DNA of 32,000 nucleotides from Promethearchaeum syntrophicum (GTDB lineage: Archaea > Asgardarchaeota > Lokiarchaeia > Sigyniarchaeales > Promethearchaeaceae). Below the pieces are notes generated by a model. It worked only from the letters and a program-made list of their open reading frames with translations. It was not told the origin of the DNA and searched no databases. Location: assembly GCF_008000775.2 (NCBI RefSeq), contig NZ_CP042905.2:3330001-3362000 (forward strand). The letters run 5' to 3'. Positions 17,794 to 26,405 of this stretch are shown here, in pieces; positions within the stretch are counted from its first letter, which is position 1; every line of letters starts with the position of its first letter. The position numbers and the translations under genes are program-made.

Positions 17794-17845
17794 AAATATG
17801 ATATTTTTTCCAAAAAGATAAAATAAAAAAAAAATATTAGAAACT

Positions 17846-18400
17846 ATGGATACTCATTCCCGTCTTACTAAGAAAAAAGGGAAAAAAATTATCGTAGTAG
17901 GAGAAGGAGGAGTTGGAAAAACAACCCTTTTGCGTCGATCAATTGATGACGTATTTATAGATTCTACAGCAATGACCATTGGAACAGATTTCTTTGTAAA
18001 AAAAGGTGAATCATCAGAGAAAGACATTGAAAAACAACCTATGCTTATTTGGGATTTTGCAGGGCAAGATCGTTTTCGTTTTATTTTAAAAGATTACCTA
18101 AAGGGCACTGAAGGTGTAATTTTATGTTTTAATTTAGTCCAGAGTAGATCACTCAGGAAATTAAACGGCTGGATTGATCTTTTAAAAGAAGGCGGAATAT
18201 GGGAAAAAGAAAATGTTAAGTTTTTCTTAGTGGGAACACAAAATGACCTAGCTAAGAAAAATCATGAAGCCATCTCCAAAAAATTGATAAAAAAATTTAT
18301 GGATGACCATAATATTAAGAATTATTTTAGAACATCATCATTGGATAACAGCGGTGTGAAAGAACTATTCAAACAGATTGATAAGCATATGTTTAAGTAA
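17846..18400 (+). CDS. Rab/Ras-like small GTPase
   Basis: 184 aa. G1 GEGGVGKT, G2/RabF-like TIGTDF, G3 WDFAGQDRF, G4 variant LVGTQNDL (TQND instead of NKxD) and G5 TSS. No C-terminal Cys or CAAX. Confidence 0.85.
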   Translation: MDTHSRLTKKKGKKIIVVGEGGVGKTTLLRRSIDDVFIDSTAMTIGTDFFVKKGESSEKDIEKQPMLIWDFAGQDRFRFILKDYLKGTEGVILCFNLVQSRSLRKLNGWIDLLKEGGIWEKENVKFFLVGTQNDLAKKNHEAISKKLIKKFMDDHNIKNYFRTSSLDNSGVKELFKQIDKHMFK

Positions 18401-18430
18401 TTTAACCCCAAATTATTTTGCAATAAAATT

Positions 18431-19993
18431 CTAAATATGATATTTTTTTCCTTTCTCTGGTTTTATCACTTCAATATCCTGAGGTAAATTCATTTCTGTA
18501 AAAATTTGGGCATTTTTTGTATGAATTGGAAAAATTTTCTGAGGATGGATTTCTTTAATCATTTCAATTAATTCCTCTCTGCGCATATGCCCAGAACAAT
18601 GAACTTGGTATACATTTGATTCCGGAATTTTAAATAAATTGAACCAATTCTTTAATTTACGTTCTTCAACATCTCCTTCGTCATCAAAAGGTTCACTTTT
18701 CGATAAAATAAAATAGGAACCTGCTACGGGATTAATGTCAAATAAGTCATTTAAAGAGTAAAAAGACATTTGAAGAACATATTTCCCCGGATTTTTTCGT
18801 ATCTCTTCAGCGTTAATTAGAAATGGTTTTTCCACATCCAAGGTTTCATAAACACTTTTTGCTCCAAGACAATCTTCTTCTTTCTTTTTTAAAATATTAA
18901 CGTATGACGGGCTATTGGTATAATCTTTTGCAGTATAAGTTCCAGATTTCTTCTTACTTAATAAAACGAAAATATCTTGAAGATAAACATCTGAAATTAT
19001 ACCTACTTCTATGCATGTCTTTAAGAGATCATATGATTTCGGGGAGAGAATTAGGATTTTCCCTGTATTTTTACAGGAATTATAGAAAGTTTGCAACCGC
19101 CAGACATCTCTTAAGGAACAGTCAAATAAAATTAACCTCTCGGATTCATTTTTCTGTGCATCTTGAATAACTTGTGTAATTTTTTTTCCTACTTCTTGTT
19201 CAGAAGAATATTCATTTCGATCTTCAGCAGGATCCGCGCGAGTTCCTTCGCAAATTAACACATCGGGTTTAAATTCTTTAGCTAATTTAATAAATTCTTC
19301 AGATTTTTCTTTTAGAGGCCCATGTTTTCTAATATCACCCGTATAAACTATTCTTTTATTCGAAATAGTATCGCGAATGAGATAAGCGCTCGCACCGGGT
19401 AAAGAATGATCGATTTCATATAATCTTATTTCTAATCCACTATCCGCACACATTAACGTTTCCCCCGAATCTAAACTTGTGATTTCTCTAAATATATTTT
19501 TCTTTGGTTTAGAACCAGGGATACTATAGGATAAAATATTGCTAAATAGGGAATTTGAATTTGTAGTTTGTTCAAATTGCTGTAAAACAAATTTTGTGGA
19601 TGTCGAACATACTAATTTAATTGATGGATGTAATAATTTTATATCCCCAATATGGTCAGAATGAGCATGACTAATTAAGATTTCTTTAATTATTTCGGGG
19701 TTCGTTGGTTTATCATCGAGTATTCCTTGATATCTGCACTCTTTTTCAATATTTTCATAGAGATCTTCACGATAAATTCCCTTCAGCTCTCCAAGGGGCT
19801 TTGGTAAATCACCTATAAAAATCCCATCAAGTAAACGGCGAAGTTTCCTAAGGGTAAGGAAAGAATGCAGGTAATCATGTGAGATTTGAAAACTCCATCC
19901 AAAATCAAGCAGAATACCTTTTCCTTTGCTTGATACCAAGGCAATTTTATTCCCACCGATTTCATTAACTCCACCAAAAAAAGACAAAGACAT
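18431..19993 (-). CDS. Metallo-beta-lactamase / beta-CASP ribonuclease, RNase J-like
   Basis: 520 aa. Starts GGVNEIGGNKIAL. MBL motifs LLDFG, HAHSDHIG, DHSLPGA and YTGDIR. beta-CASP motifs ICEGT, VHCSGH and PIHT. Confidence 0.75.
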   Translation of the reverse strand: MSLSFFGGVNEIGGNKIALVSSKGKGILLDFGWSFQISHDYLHSFLTLRKLRRLLDGIFIGDLPKPLGELKGIYREDLYENIEKECRYQGILDDKPTNPEIIKEILISHAHSDHIGDIKLLHPSIKLVCSTSTKFVLQQFEQTTNSNSLFSNILSYSIPGSKPKKNIFREITSLDSGETLMCADSGLEIRLYEIDHSLPGASAYLIRDTISNKRIVYTGDIRKHGPLKEKSEEFIKLAKEFKPDVLICEGTRADPAEDRNEYSSEQEVGKKITQVIQDAQKNESERLILFDCSLRDVWRLQTFYNSCKNTGKILILSPKSYDLLKTCIEVGIISDVYLQDIFVLLSKKKSGTYTAKDYTNSPSYVNILKKKEEDCLGAKSVYETLDVEKPFLINAEEIRKNPGKYVLQMSFYSLNDLFDINPVAGSYFILSKSEPFDDEGDVEERKLKNWFNLFKIPESNVYQVHCSGHMRREELIEMIKEIHPQKIFPIHTKNAQIFTEMNLPQDIEVIKPEKGKKYHI

Positions 19994-20158
19994 TGAAATA
20001 AATAAATTACGATCGTTTTATAATTCGATCACCTAATCGAATACAAAAATCATCAAAATAGAAAAAAACTGAAATTATTATAATTGACGATTAAATTCTT
20101 CAATCTAAAATCAAAATGGTTTCAGCTTATTGTATAAAAAGGGAAAAAAATGAAATGT

Positions 20159-20803
20159 TTATAAAAAGGTCATTTCCTCTTCGTCTTCAAAATTTGTTTC
20201 CTCGCCAGGTTCCCGGGCAACATCGTATTCACGAACAGCATGATAAAGCTTTTCTACTGCTTCAGCTACTATTGCCTTTGTTTTTCCTCCAGTACAGACA
20301 ATTCTACCGGTTGAAAAGATTAAAAAGACGGTTTTTGGTTCTTGCATTCTATAAATTAGACCTGGGAACACTTCGGGCTCATACATAGAATATTCCATTA
20401 CTACCGCAGCCATGTTAAGATCTATGGAACATTTTAAATCTCCCGATGCAACTATATTTTGAATAATGATTCTAGGATTAGAAATTTTTATTTTACATTT
20501 AGATATTCGCTTGATAACATCATCTACTACAGTTGGAGCCTCGGCCGCACGTCTCATTCCTGTTACGACCATTTTTCCTGTGGAAAACACTAATATTGTA
20601 GCTTTTGGTTCAACTATTCGCATAACTAAACCAGGAAATCGTTCAGGATTGTATTCTACATCAGGATACTTACGAGCAATAACGTTTAAATCCATCTTCT
20701 CTTCGATATCAACAACAACTGTGGCTACAACGTTCTCTATCTTGTATGTAAATTTTTCATCAGGATTATCTACCGGTTTTTCTTCAGATTTTTTAGCAGT
20801 CAT
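20159..20803 (-). CDS. tbp: TATA-box-binding protein
   Basis: 214 aa. Two TBP repeats (ENVVATVVVD..YNPERFPGLVMRI..ILVFSTGKMVVTG and QNIVASGDL..YEPEVFPGLIYRM..FLIFSTGRIVCTGG). There is a ~20-aa N-terminal extension and an acidic tail EETNFEDEEEMTFL. SD AGGTGA lies 9-14 nt upstream (complement of 20813-20818). Confidence 0.95.
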   Translation of the reverse strand: MTAKKSEEKPVDNPDEKFTYKIENVVATVVVDIEEKMDLNVIARKYPDVEYNPERFPGLVMRIVEPKATILVFSTGKMVVTGMRRAAEAPTVVDDVIKRISKCKIKISNPRIIIQNIVASGDLKCSIDLNMAAVVMEYSMYEPEVFPGLIYRMQEPKTVFLIFSTGRIVCTGGKTKAIVAEAVEKLYHAVREYDVAREPGEETNFEDEEEMTFL

Positions 20804-21144
20804 TTTTGCAGTTCACCTAAAAAAATTTTCTAATTCATTATTTAAGGATTTTTATTTAAGTCATATTTAAATAACGATCTATCTATTTAAAGGGCAAATG
20901 GTTTATAAAGTCTACTTTTTTAAGGGAAGTTCACTACCTATAGCTGTCAATTAGAATTAATATGTTATCAAAAATAAGCAGTTTTATCAAATTGGTTTTA
21001 TATAAGCATATTAATCATAAATATCTTAATAATCGATAGAAATTTTCAACAAATCAATTAAAATTTATAAATTTTAAATAAGAAATAAAGAGGAAAAGCG
21101 AATTTTATATTAAATTTCAATCTGAATCCTTCATTCAAAAGCTA

Positions 21145-21855
21145 TTATATAGTTAAACCCCTAATAACATAATTTGAAATCAAAATTTCGATATAAATCA
21201 ATAACAGACCAAGAAAAAGTGTAATTATACCATACCATGTCCCAATTTTTTTGTAAATCTGTGTTTGTTTTCCATAACTTTCCTTGCCTGAAAGCGAGTT
21301 ATATATGAATTTTACAAATGTAAACCAGGTTCCCAAACATAATAAGGAAATAATGATGACTTCGATATACATTGTAATTGGAAGATTTAATTGAGCGCCA
21401 TTTTCTAAGATGTTTCCGTCAATATCTAAAAAATATGGAAACCAAAAATATACTATCCTAATTGCAAAATATATTCCAAAAGGTGTAATTCCCGCAAAAA
21501 TTACATAGATAAACATAAGATATGAAAAAATCACGGTAATTTCAGCAAGATACACAGCATCTAAATCAAAACCACCTATAATCCAAGATAAAAAATAAGA
21601 ACCCGAAACGATAAACATCGAAAGCAAAACTGTTCCTTCAAAATTTCGATTGAAATGCAGTAATGGATTGGGATTCCTTTCATTAAAAATAGTTAGTTTA
21701 ATAATTAGGATATGAATGGCTAAAATGAGTAACATATAAATGGGGGTTAATGTATGAAGAAAAGCTAAGAAAAAGGTTATGATTGCTAATCCGACGAGAA
21801 CAAGAGTGGAAATTTCTTCACGCACATGAGGAATTTTTTTAACCAACACATTCAT
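21145..21855 (-). CDS. Integral membrane protein (~7 TM), unknown family
   Basis: 236-aa ORF that is almost entirely hydrophobic segments. No motif recognised. Confidence 0.55.
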   Translation of the reverse strand: MNVLVKKIPHVREEISTLVLVGLAIITFFLAFLHTLTPIYMLLILAIHILIIKLTIFNERNPNPLLHFNRNFEGTVLLSMFIVSGSYFLSWIIGGFDLDAVYLAEITVIFSYLMFIYVIFAGITPFGIYFAIRIVYFWFPYFLDIDGNILENGAQLNLPITMYIEVIIISLLCLGTWFTFVKFIYNSLSGKESYGKQTQIYKKIGTWYGIITLFLGLLLIYIEILISNYVIRGLTI

Positions 21856-21879
21856 ACTAAATTACTTAATTAATAATTG

Positions 21880-21906
21880 TAAATAAGCATTAAATAAGCA
21901 TTAAAT
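21880..21906. repeat. 11-bp tandem direct repeat TAAATAAGCAT x2 plus a partial third copy running into the GNAT start codon
   Basis: Read directly: 21880-21890 and 21891-21901 are identical, and 21902-21909 is TAAATATG. It lies inside a 51-bp divergent intergenic region (21856-21906). Confidence 0.8.
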
Positions 21907-22500
21907 ATGAATATCAAAAGCACTTTTTCCAAGAAAAAAATTCTAAATGGAGAAAACATCGATTTAATAAAATCGATAGTCGACCATAGTCCAAGTCTCT
22001 ATCAACAGATCAAATCCCCCGGTGTTTTGGAAAACTTAACTATAGATATTGAAGATCAATTCGAGTTTAAAAAATATCTCATATATATCGAGAACCAATG
22101 GAATCTTAATCATGATTTCACTTTTACTATCTGCAAGAAAGGTGTAAAAAACAATCCCAAGCAAACTTTTATCGGACAAGTAAGCATATATGGTATGAAT
22201 TTTCTTCATTCTCGAGCGGAAGTAGGTATTTGGGTAGGCAGAGCACATTGGAATAATGGTTATGCAAAACAAGCACTTGAAATGATAATTTCACATGCAT
22301 TTCTAGATATTCATTTAAATAGGTTACAAGCCCATATTTTCACCCAAAATGATTCTTCGATTCGAGTATTTGAAAAATTAGGGTTTAAAAGAGAAGGTTT
22401 AAATGAACTATACGTAAAAAAAACTAATGGGGATTTTAATGATGTATATGTTTATGCACTCCTTTTTCAAAATTGGGGAAAAAACCAATTAAAAATATGA
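21907..22500 (+). CDS. GNAT-family N-acetyltransferase (RimJ/RimL-like)
   Basis: 197 aa. RAEVGIWVGRAHWNNGYAKQALEMIISHAFLDIHLNRLQAHIFTQNDSSIRVFEKLGFKREG matches the RimJ/L-type GNAT core (acetyl-CoA motif A region). Confidence 0.8.
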   Translation: MNIKSTFSKKKILNGENIDLIKSIVDHSPSLYQQIKSPGVLENLTIDIEDQFEFKKYLIYIENQWNLNHDFTFTICKKGVKNNPKQTFIGQVSIYGMNFLHSRAEVGIWVGRAHWNNGYAKQALEMIISHAFLDIHLNRLQAHIFTQNDSSIRVFEKLGFKREGLNELYVKKTNGDFNDVYVYALLFQNWGKNQLKI

Positions 22501-22551
22501 ATTAAATAAAAAAAAAAAAGGTTTTTTGAAATTAAACATAGAATAAAATAT

Positions 22552-23250
22552 ATGAAATTTTCCAAGGATGTTTACATTTTCGTCCTTCCACTTTTAATTT
22601 TAGACATTGCTTGGCACATTTATTCCTTGCCGACAATTTATAATCAATGGCTCTATTTCTTTGTGATAACATTTCCGACAAGTGTAGGACTAATTTTACT
22701 CGCCTCTTTGTTTAGGGATCCTGATAGAATTCCTGATTCAAATTACATAGAAGGGAAAACAATTTTAAGCCCTGCAGACGGAGAACTCTGTGGTCTTGAA
22801 GAAGAGGACGGCAATACAGCAATATATGTTGAAATGCATTATTATAATGTTCATGTATCAAGGGCACATTTACCAGGGAAAGTAACAAAAATCACGCGAG
22901 GCAAAGGTAAACACCATTTGGTATATTTTATAAATAAAAACTTACATCCTGATACTAATGCTATTCGTAAAAATGCTCGGGTTATTATTGATCTTGAAGA
23001 CAATGAGGGAAATCCATTCAAAGTCTTCTTGATATGTGGCGCATTTTTTAGACGAGCGCAACCTTATGTAAAAGTGGGAGATAAAATAACCGAAGGGCAA
23101 AGAATTGGAGTAATAGCGTTTGGAAGCACAGTTAAAATTACTTTACCGGGTAAAAATTATCGAATGATTGCCAAATTTGGTGATAAATTGAAAGGTGGTA
23201 AAACTATTCTTTGTGAAAGATCAAATGAACCAATTATCATGGAGAAATAA
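22552..23250 (+). CDS. asd: Archaeal-type phosphatidyl(archaetidyl)serine decarboxylase proenzyme
   Basis: 232 aa. Two N-terminal TM helices, then FRDPDR..ILSPADG, and the self-cleavage-type motif GVIAFGSTVKI (G-S-T). Confidence 0.75.
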   Translation: MKFSKDVYIFVLPLLILDIAWHIYSLPTIYNQWLYFFVITFPTSVGLILLASLFRDPDRIPDSNYIEGKTILSPADGELCGLEEEDGNTAIYVEMHYYNVHVSRAHLPGKVTKITRGKGKHHLVYFINKNLHPDTNAIRKNARVIIDLEDNEGNPFKVFLICGAFFRRAQPYVKVGDKITEGQRIGVIAFGSTVKITLPGKNYRMIAKFGDKLKGGKTILCERSNEPIIMEK

Positions 23251-23253
23251 TCA

Positions 23254-24090
23254 ATGACTAAAGAAAATAATATTGAGTTAGAGGATTATTTAAATTCTTG
23301 GCTTGATCAAATGATGGAAGTTTATGGGGGAATATTAAAAGAGTGGGAAGAGTTTGATATTGTCAAACCCGTTCCAGGGGCTCATGTAGAATTCAATTGT
23401 AATAATTGCGGTAAATGTTGTGAATTTGTAAACCACTGGGTGTGGGTATATCCTTCAGATATGGTTAAATGGCTTCAAAATTTAAATTCTGAAAAAATTA
23501 TACCTCTATTATTAGGGACTCTCTTTCCTGTTCAAGATTATGATGATGTGATAGGTTATGGACTCCCATCTCAAAAAGCAATCTATGAAAAATTTAACCA
23601 GTTTATAAAGCTCCATAAAAAATCAAAGCATAAGCAAATAGTATTAAAGAGCATATTGAAAAAAATTGCCCAAATAAATTCAACGTTTAATAAAAATTCG
23701 GATTATTGCATTTTCTATAATGCTAATTCTGATCAACACTGCTTGATTTATGATTTTCGACCGATTCAATGCCAAGTATTTCCATTGGACTATCCTCAGT
23801 TTACCTCTATTGAAATACCTGAAAATTTAAAAAATAAATATGGGACATTTAAAGATGATAATGAGGATTTGCCAGTGTGTCCTAAAGAGACCTATACAAA
23901 CGGAGATCCTTTGAAAGGTATAATGGTTAGTGAGGATGAAAGAGATTTAGTCGCAATGGAAAAAGCTAATTACCTAACATCCTATGTTACAAAGGATTGG
24001 CAGGATACAGATATATCAGAAATATTAATTGAGATTTTTAGTAAAGAAATTTTAAAATTGGTTGAAGAGAAAAATGTCAGAAAACCCTGA
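23254..24090 (+). CDS. YkgJ/UPF0153-family CxxCxxCC putative Fe-S/zinc-binding protein (paralog 2)
   Basis: 278 aa with CNNCGKCC and HCLIYDFRPIQCQVFP (the canonical family second motif). It starts 3 nt after the PSD stop. Confidence 0.7.
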   Translation: MTKENNIELEDYLNSWLDQMMEVYGGILKEWEEFDIVKPVPGAHVEFNCNNCGKCCEFVNHWVWVYPSDMVKWLQNLNSEKIIPLLLGTLFPVQDYDDVIGYGLPSQKAIYEKFNQFIKLHKKSKHKQIVLKSILKKIAQINSTFNKNSDYCIFYNANSDQHCLIYDFRPIQCQVFPLDYPQFTSIEIPENLKNKYGTFKDDNEDLPVCPKETYTNGDPLKGIMVSEDERDLVAMEKANYLTSYVTKDWQDTDISEILIEIFSKEILKLVEEKNVRKP

Positions 24091-24559
24091 TCCGATTTTA
24101 ACCATTGTTGAACTTTTGAAAAATCAAAATCTTTCAAAATACTCTAATCAAATAAAGGAAACTGATTTTTGGAAAAAAATCATACCATTAAAGCTAAAAA
24201 AATTTGAAAAGACAGGGGATTTTGAATTTATTTTTGAAGTGGATGATTCAATATCTTTGGATCCTTCAAGTTATATTGTTCGAGATTTCAAAACTGCGGG
24301 AATTATTTCCGTGACAGATAAAGGAATGCAAAGATCAAAAGGAAATTTATGGGAAGTCAAAATTACACTTACTCAACCTCAAGCATTTGTATTTGCTAGA
24401 GTTAGGGGACGAGATGTGGAGAATTCCCTTAAAGTTGGAATTTTTGTGATGGAAATTCAATTTGATCATTCATTGTTGGATGGATTTGGACGGGATGGAA
24501 TTCTTTTTGCAGTTCGTGTTAAACTTAGAGATTTATTAAAAAAAGCAGCTCAAAATTAA
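24062..24559 (+). CDS. Hypothetical cytoplasmic protein
   Basis: 165-aa ORF overlapping the upstream gene by 29 nt (17 nt if the ATG at 24074, MSENPDPIL, is used). No recognised motif. Confidence 0.5.
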   Translation: MKRKMSENPDPILTIVELLKNQNLSKYSNQIKETDFWKKIIPLKLKKFEKTGDFEFIFEVDDSISLDPSSYIVRDFKTAGIISVTDKGMQRSKGNLWEVKITLTQPQAFVFARVRGRDVENSLKVGIFVMEIQFDHSLLDGFGRDGILFAVRVKLRDLLKKAAQN

Positions 24560-24606
24560 CAACAATATAATTGTAAAATTAAATTTAAAATAAAACTAAT
24601 ACTATA

Positions 24607-25116
24607 GTGAATTGTATGCCAATTAAACTAAACTGGATTAAAGGGAAGAATCTAGGTCTTTCCCTTATATTTTTAGGAATGATGACATTATTACAGGTAT
24701 TGTTTATATTAATAGCTCAATATGCTTTATCGATTGGATCAATATATTCAGTAATATTAGTACCTATTGGTGTAATAATCGCTACTTTTTATGCTACTTT
24801 AGTAATTTTTGAATCAAAAACTGAAATGAGTCAATATCGAGGTAATTTTCAGAAAAGAAAGCAGAAAACCCAAAAAAAAGCCCAAAAATCAAATAAATTA
24901 AAAGAAATTTTAAGCAAGATAAATTGGGTTTATGCAAGACCAGTTCTGATTATTGCAGCAATTTTCATTGGTGGTTTTTGGATAACTTATCTAATAATTT
25001 TTTCATTATTTGAAGATCAAACAGTTGTTTATGTGATCGCTGAAATTGTAGGCGCAATTTTATCCTTGGTTTTTGCCACATATATTGAAACTTCAACTTT
25101 TAGAAAAACCCGATGA
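24607..25116 (+). CDS. Small membrane protein (4 TM with a central K/Q-rich loop)
   Basis: 169-aa ORF from a GTG start (alternative ATG at 24616). Two hydrophobic pairs are separated by the basic loop QKRKQKTQKKAQKSNKLK. Confidence 0.5.
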   Translation: MNCMPIKLNWIKGKNLGLSLIFLGMMTLLQVLFILIAQYALSIGSIYSVILVPIGVIIATFYATLVIFESKTEMSQYRGNFQKRKQKTQKKAQKSNKLKEILSKINWVYARPVLIIAAIFIGGFWITYLIIFSLFEDQTVVYVIAEIVGAILSLVFATYIETSTFRKTR

Positions 25117-26343
25117 TTTTTTTTCAATTTCATTATCTTTTTGTAGTAAATAATCCCAAGTAATTTTCAAGCATCCTTCTACAACTGATGGGTCAATAAA
25201 TTCAACAGTATCGTTTCGAGTATGGTAAACCAATCCTTCTCGAATGATATTAGTGGGCATGGCAATAATAGTTGTAGCAGGAATTCCGATTCGGGCACTC
25301 TCTGCCGCATCAGTAGCACCACCACCAAAGATCATCTTAAATTTATGTAATGAGATGTTATTTTGTGTTCCAATTTCTATTAATTCTTCAACCATTTCGT
25401 GAGATAAGGGAATTAAGCCGTTGATATCATCTGTCAAAATATGAAATTCATCAAAGTTGTATAGACTATCAAAATTTAAATGATAAGTGGGAATTTTATG
25501 GAGATCTTCATAATGTTCTTTCATAAATGCCGCAGAACCCCGTAATCCTGCTTCCTCAGAATCAAAACTAATTAAAATTACACGAGTATGTTTCAAGAAT
25601 TTTGAATTTGTTTGTTTAAGGGATGCAAGATAATTTCCTAATTCAACAATCATAACTGATGCAATTAAATTATCCCCCGCACCAGGCGTCCCTTTTCTAC
25701 TTAATATAAAAAAATAATAAAGCACGAAAGGAATACCAATGATAAAAACACCGAGTATTATTGGGGATGAGGTTATTTGAAAATTTCCTAAAAGTGATAT
25801 AATGATTACAAAAATTGTAAAAAGATAAAATAGATAAGGAATTAGAATTACGGGAGCATATAATTTCTGAAAAGGCGATGCTAAAATTCGAATTTCGCGT
25901 GCACTATCATGATGACCAGAGAGGATTATCTGTTGACGAACATCATGTAGTGGTTCAATGGTTCCGTAAATGTTTTTACCATTTTTTTTCGGAAAAAATC
26001 CATCAAAAGTATGCTTATAAAATCCGAAAATAATGACCATCATGATAATTCCAAAGAGTAATCCTATCAATGATAGAATTACCCAATAAGATTTTAAATA
26101 TAAAAGAAATAAACTAAGAAAAAACATTATTGGCAGAATTTTAATATAGAAACTGAAGGAATCTGGATGAACATTAAAATCTTCAATTTTCGTTTTATCA
26201 CAGAATTCTGAAAGACTAAGAGCAATCTTTTCTGCGACCTTTTGACAAGAATCTGAACCTGTTAATCGCGGACCGAATTGCCTAATAAATTCATCGGTTT
26301 GTTCAAGACTTTTTTTTGCTAAACCCGAAAAATCTATTTGCAT
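25093..26343 (-). CDS. M28-family metallopeptidase with membrane-spanning insertions
   Basis: 416 aa. M28 ligand blocks are in order: SGHHDS, GAGDNLIAS, FDSEEAGLRGS, GGGATDA and VYHTRNDT. Two pairs of hydrophobic helices (aa ~65-108 and ~162-214) interrupt the catalytic domain. Confidence 0.7.
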   Translation of the reverse strand: MQIDFSGLAKKSLEQTDEFIRQFGPRLTGSDSCQKVAEKIALSLSEFCDKTKIEDFNVHPDSFSFYIKILPIMFFLSLFLLYLKSYWVILSLIGLLFGIIMMVIIFGFYKHTFDGFFPKKNGKNIYGTIEPLHDVRQQIILSGHHDSAREIRILASPFQKLYAPVILIPYLFYLFTIFVIIISLLGNFQITSSPIILGVFIIGIPFVLYYFFILSRKGTPGAGDNLIASVMIVELGNYLASLKQTNSKFLKHTRVILISFDSEEAGLRGSAAFMKEHYEDLHKIPTYHLNFDSLYNFDEFHILTDDINGLIPLSHEMVEELIEIGTQNNISLHKFKMIFGGGATDAAESARIGIPATTIIAMPTNIIREGLVYHTRNDTVEFIDPSVVEGCLKITWDYLLQKDNEIEKKSSGFSKS

Positions 26344-26405
26344 AATATAACAGAAGGTAGAAATAAATAAAAATTTAAGTCAACAATATTAATTGTCATT
26401 GAAAG

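Noticed and set aside
20033-20052. A 7-bp inverted repeat ATTCGAT-CACCTA-ATCGAAT between the RNase J-like gene start and the TBP 3' end, considered as an operator or terminator hairpin.
   Set aside because: The stem is short and AT-rich, with no adjacent U-tract on the TBP strand. The T7 tract (complement of ~20064-20070) already provides an archaeal-type terminator. There is not enough evidence to call a regulatory site.
20466-20870. A 134-aa plus-strand ORF (and 20116-20388, 90 aa) overlapping the TBP locus.
   Set aside because: Both are antisense shadows of the strongly conserved TBP reading frame. Their translations are low-complexity (S/T/I-rich) with no motif.
22508-22527. An A12-GG-T6 tract after the GNAT stop codon, considered as a bidirectional terminator hairpin.
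   Set aside because: A-U-only pairing with essentially no loop is not a credible stable hairpin. The T6 alone may act as an oligo-T terminator, but this cannot be distinguished from ordinary homopolymer runs in this genome.
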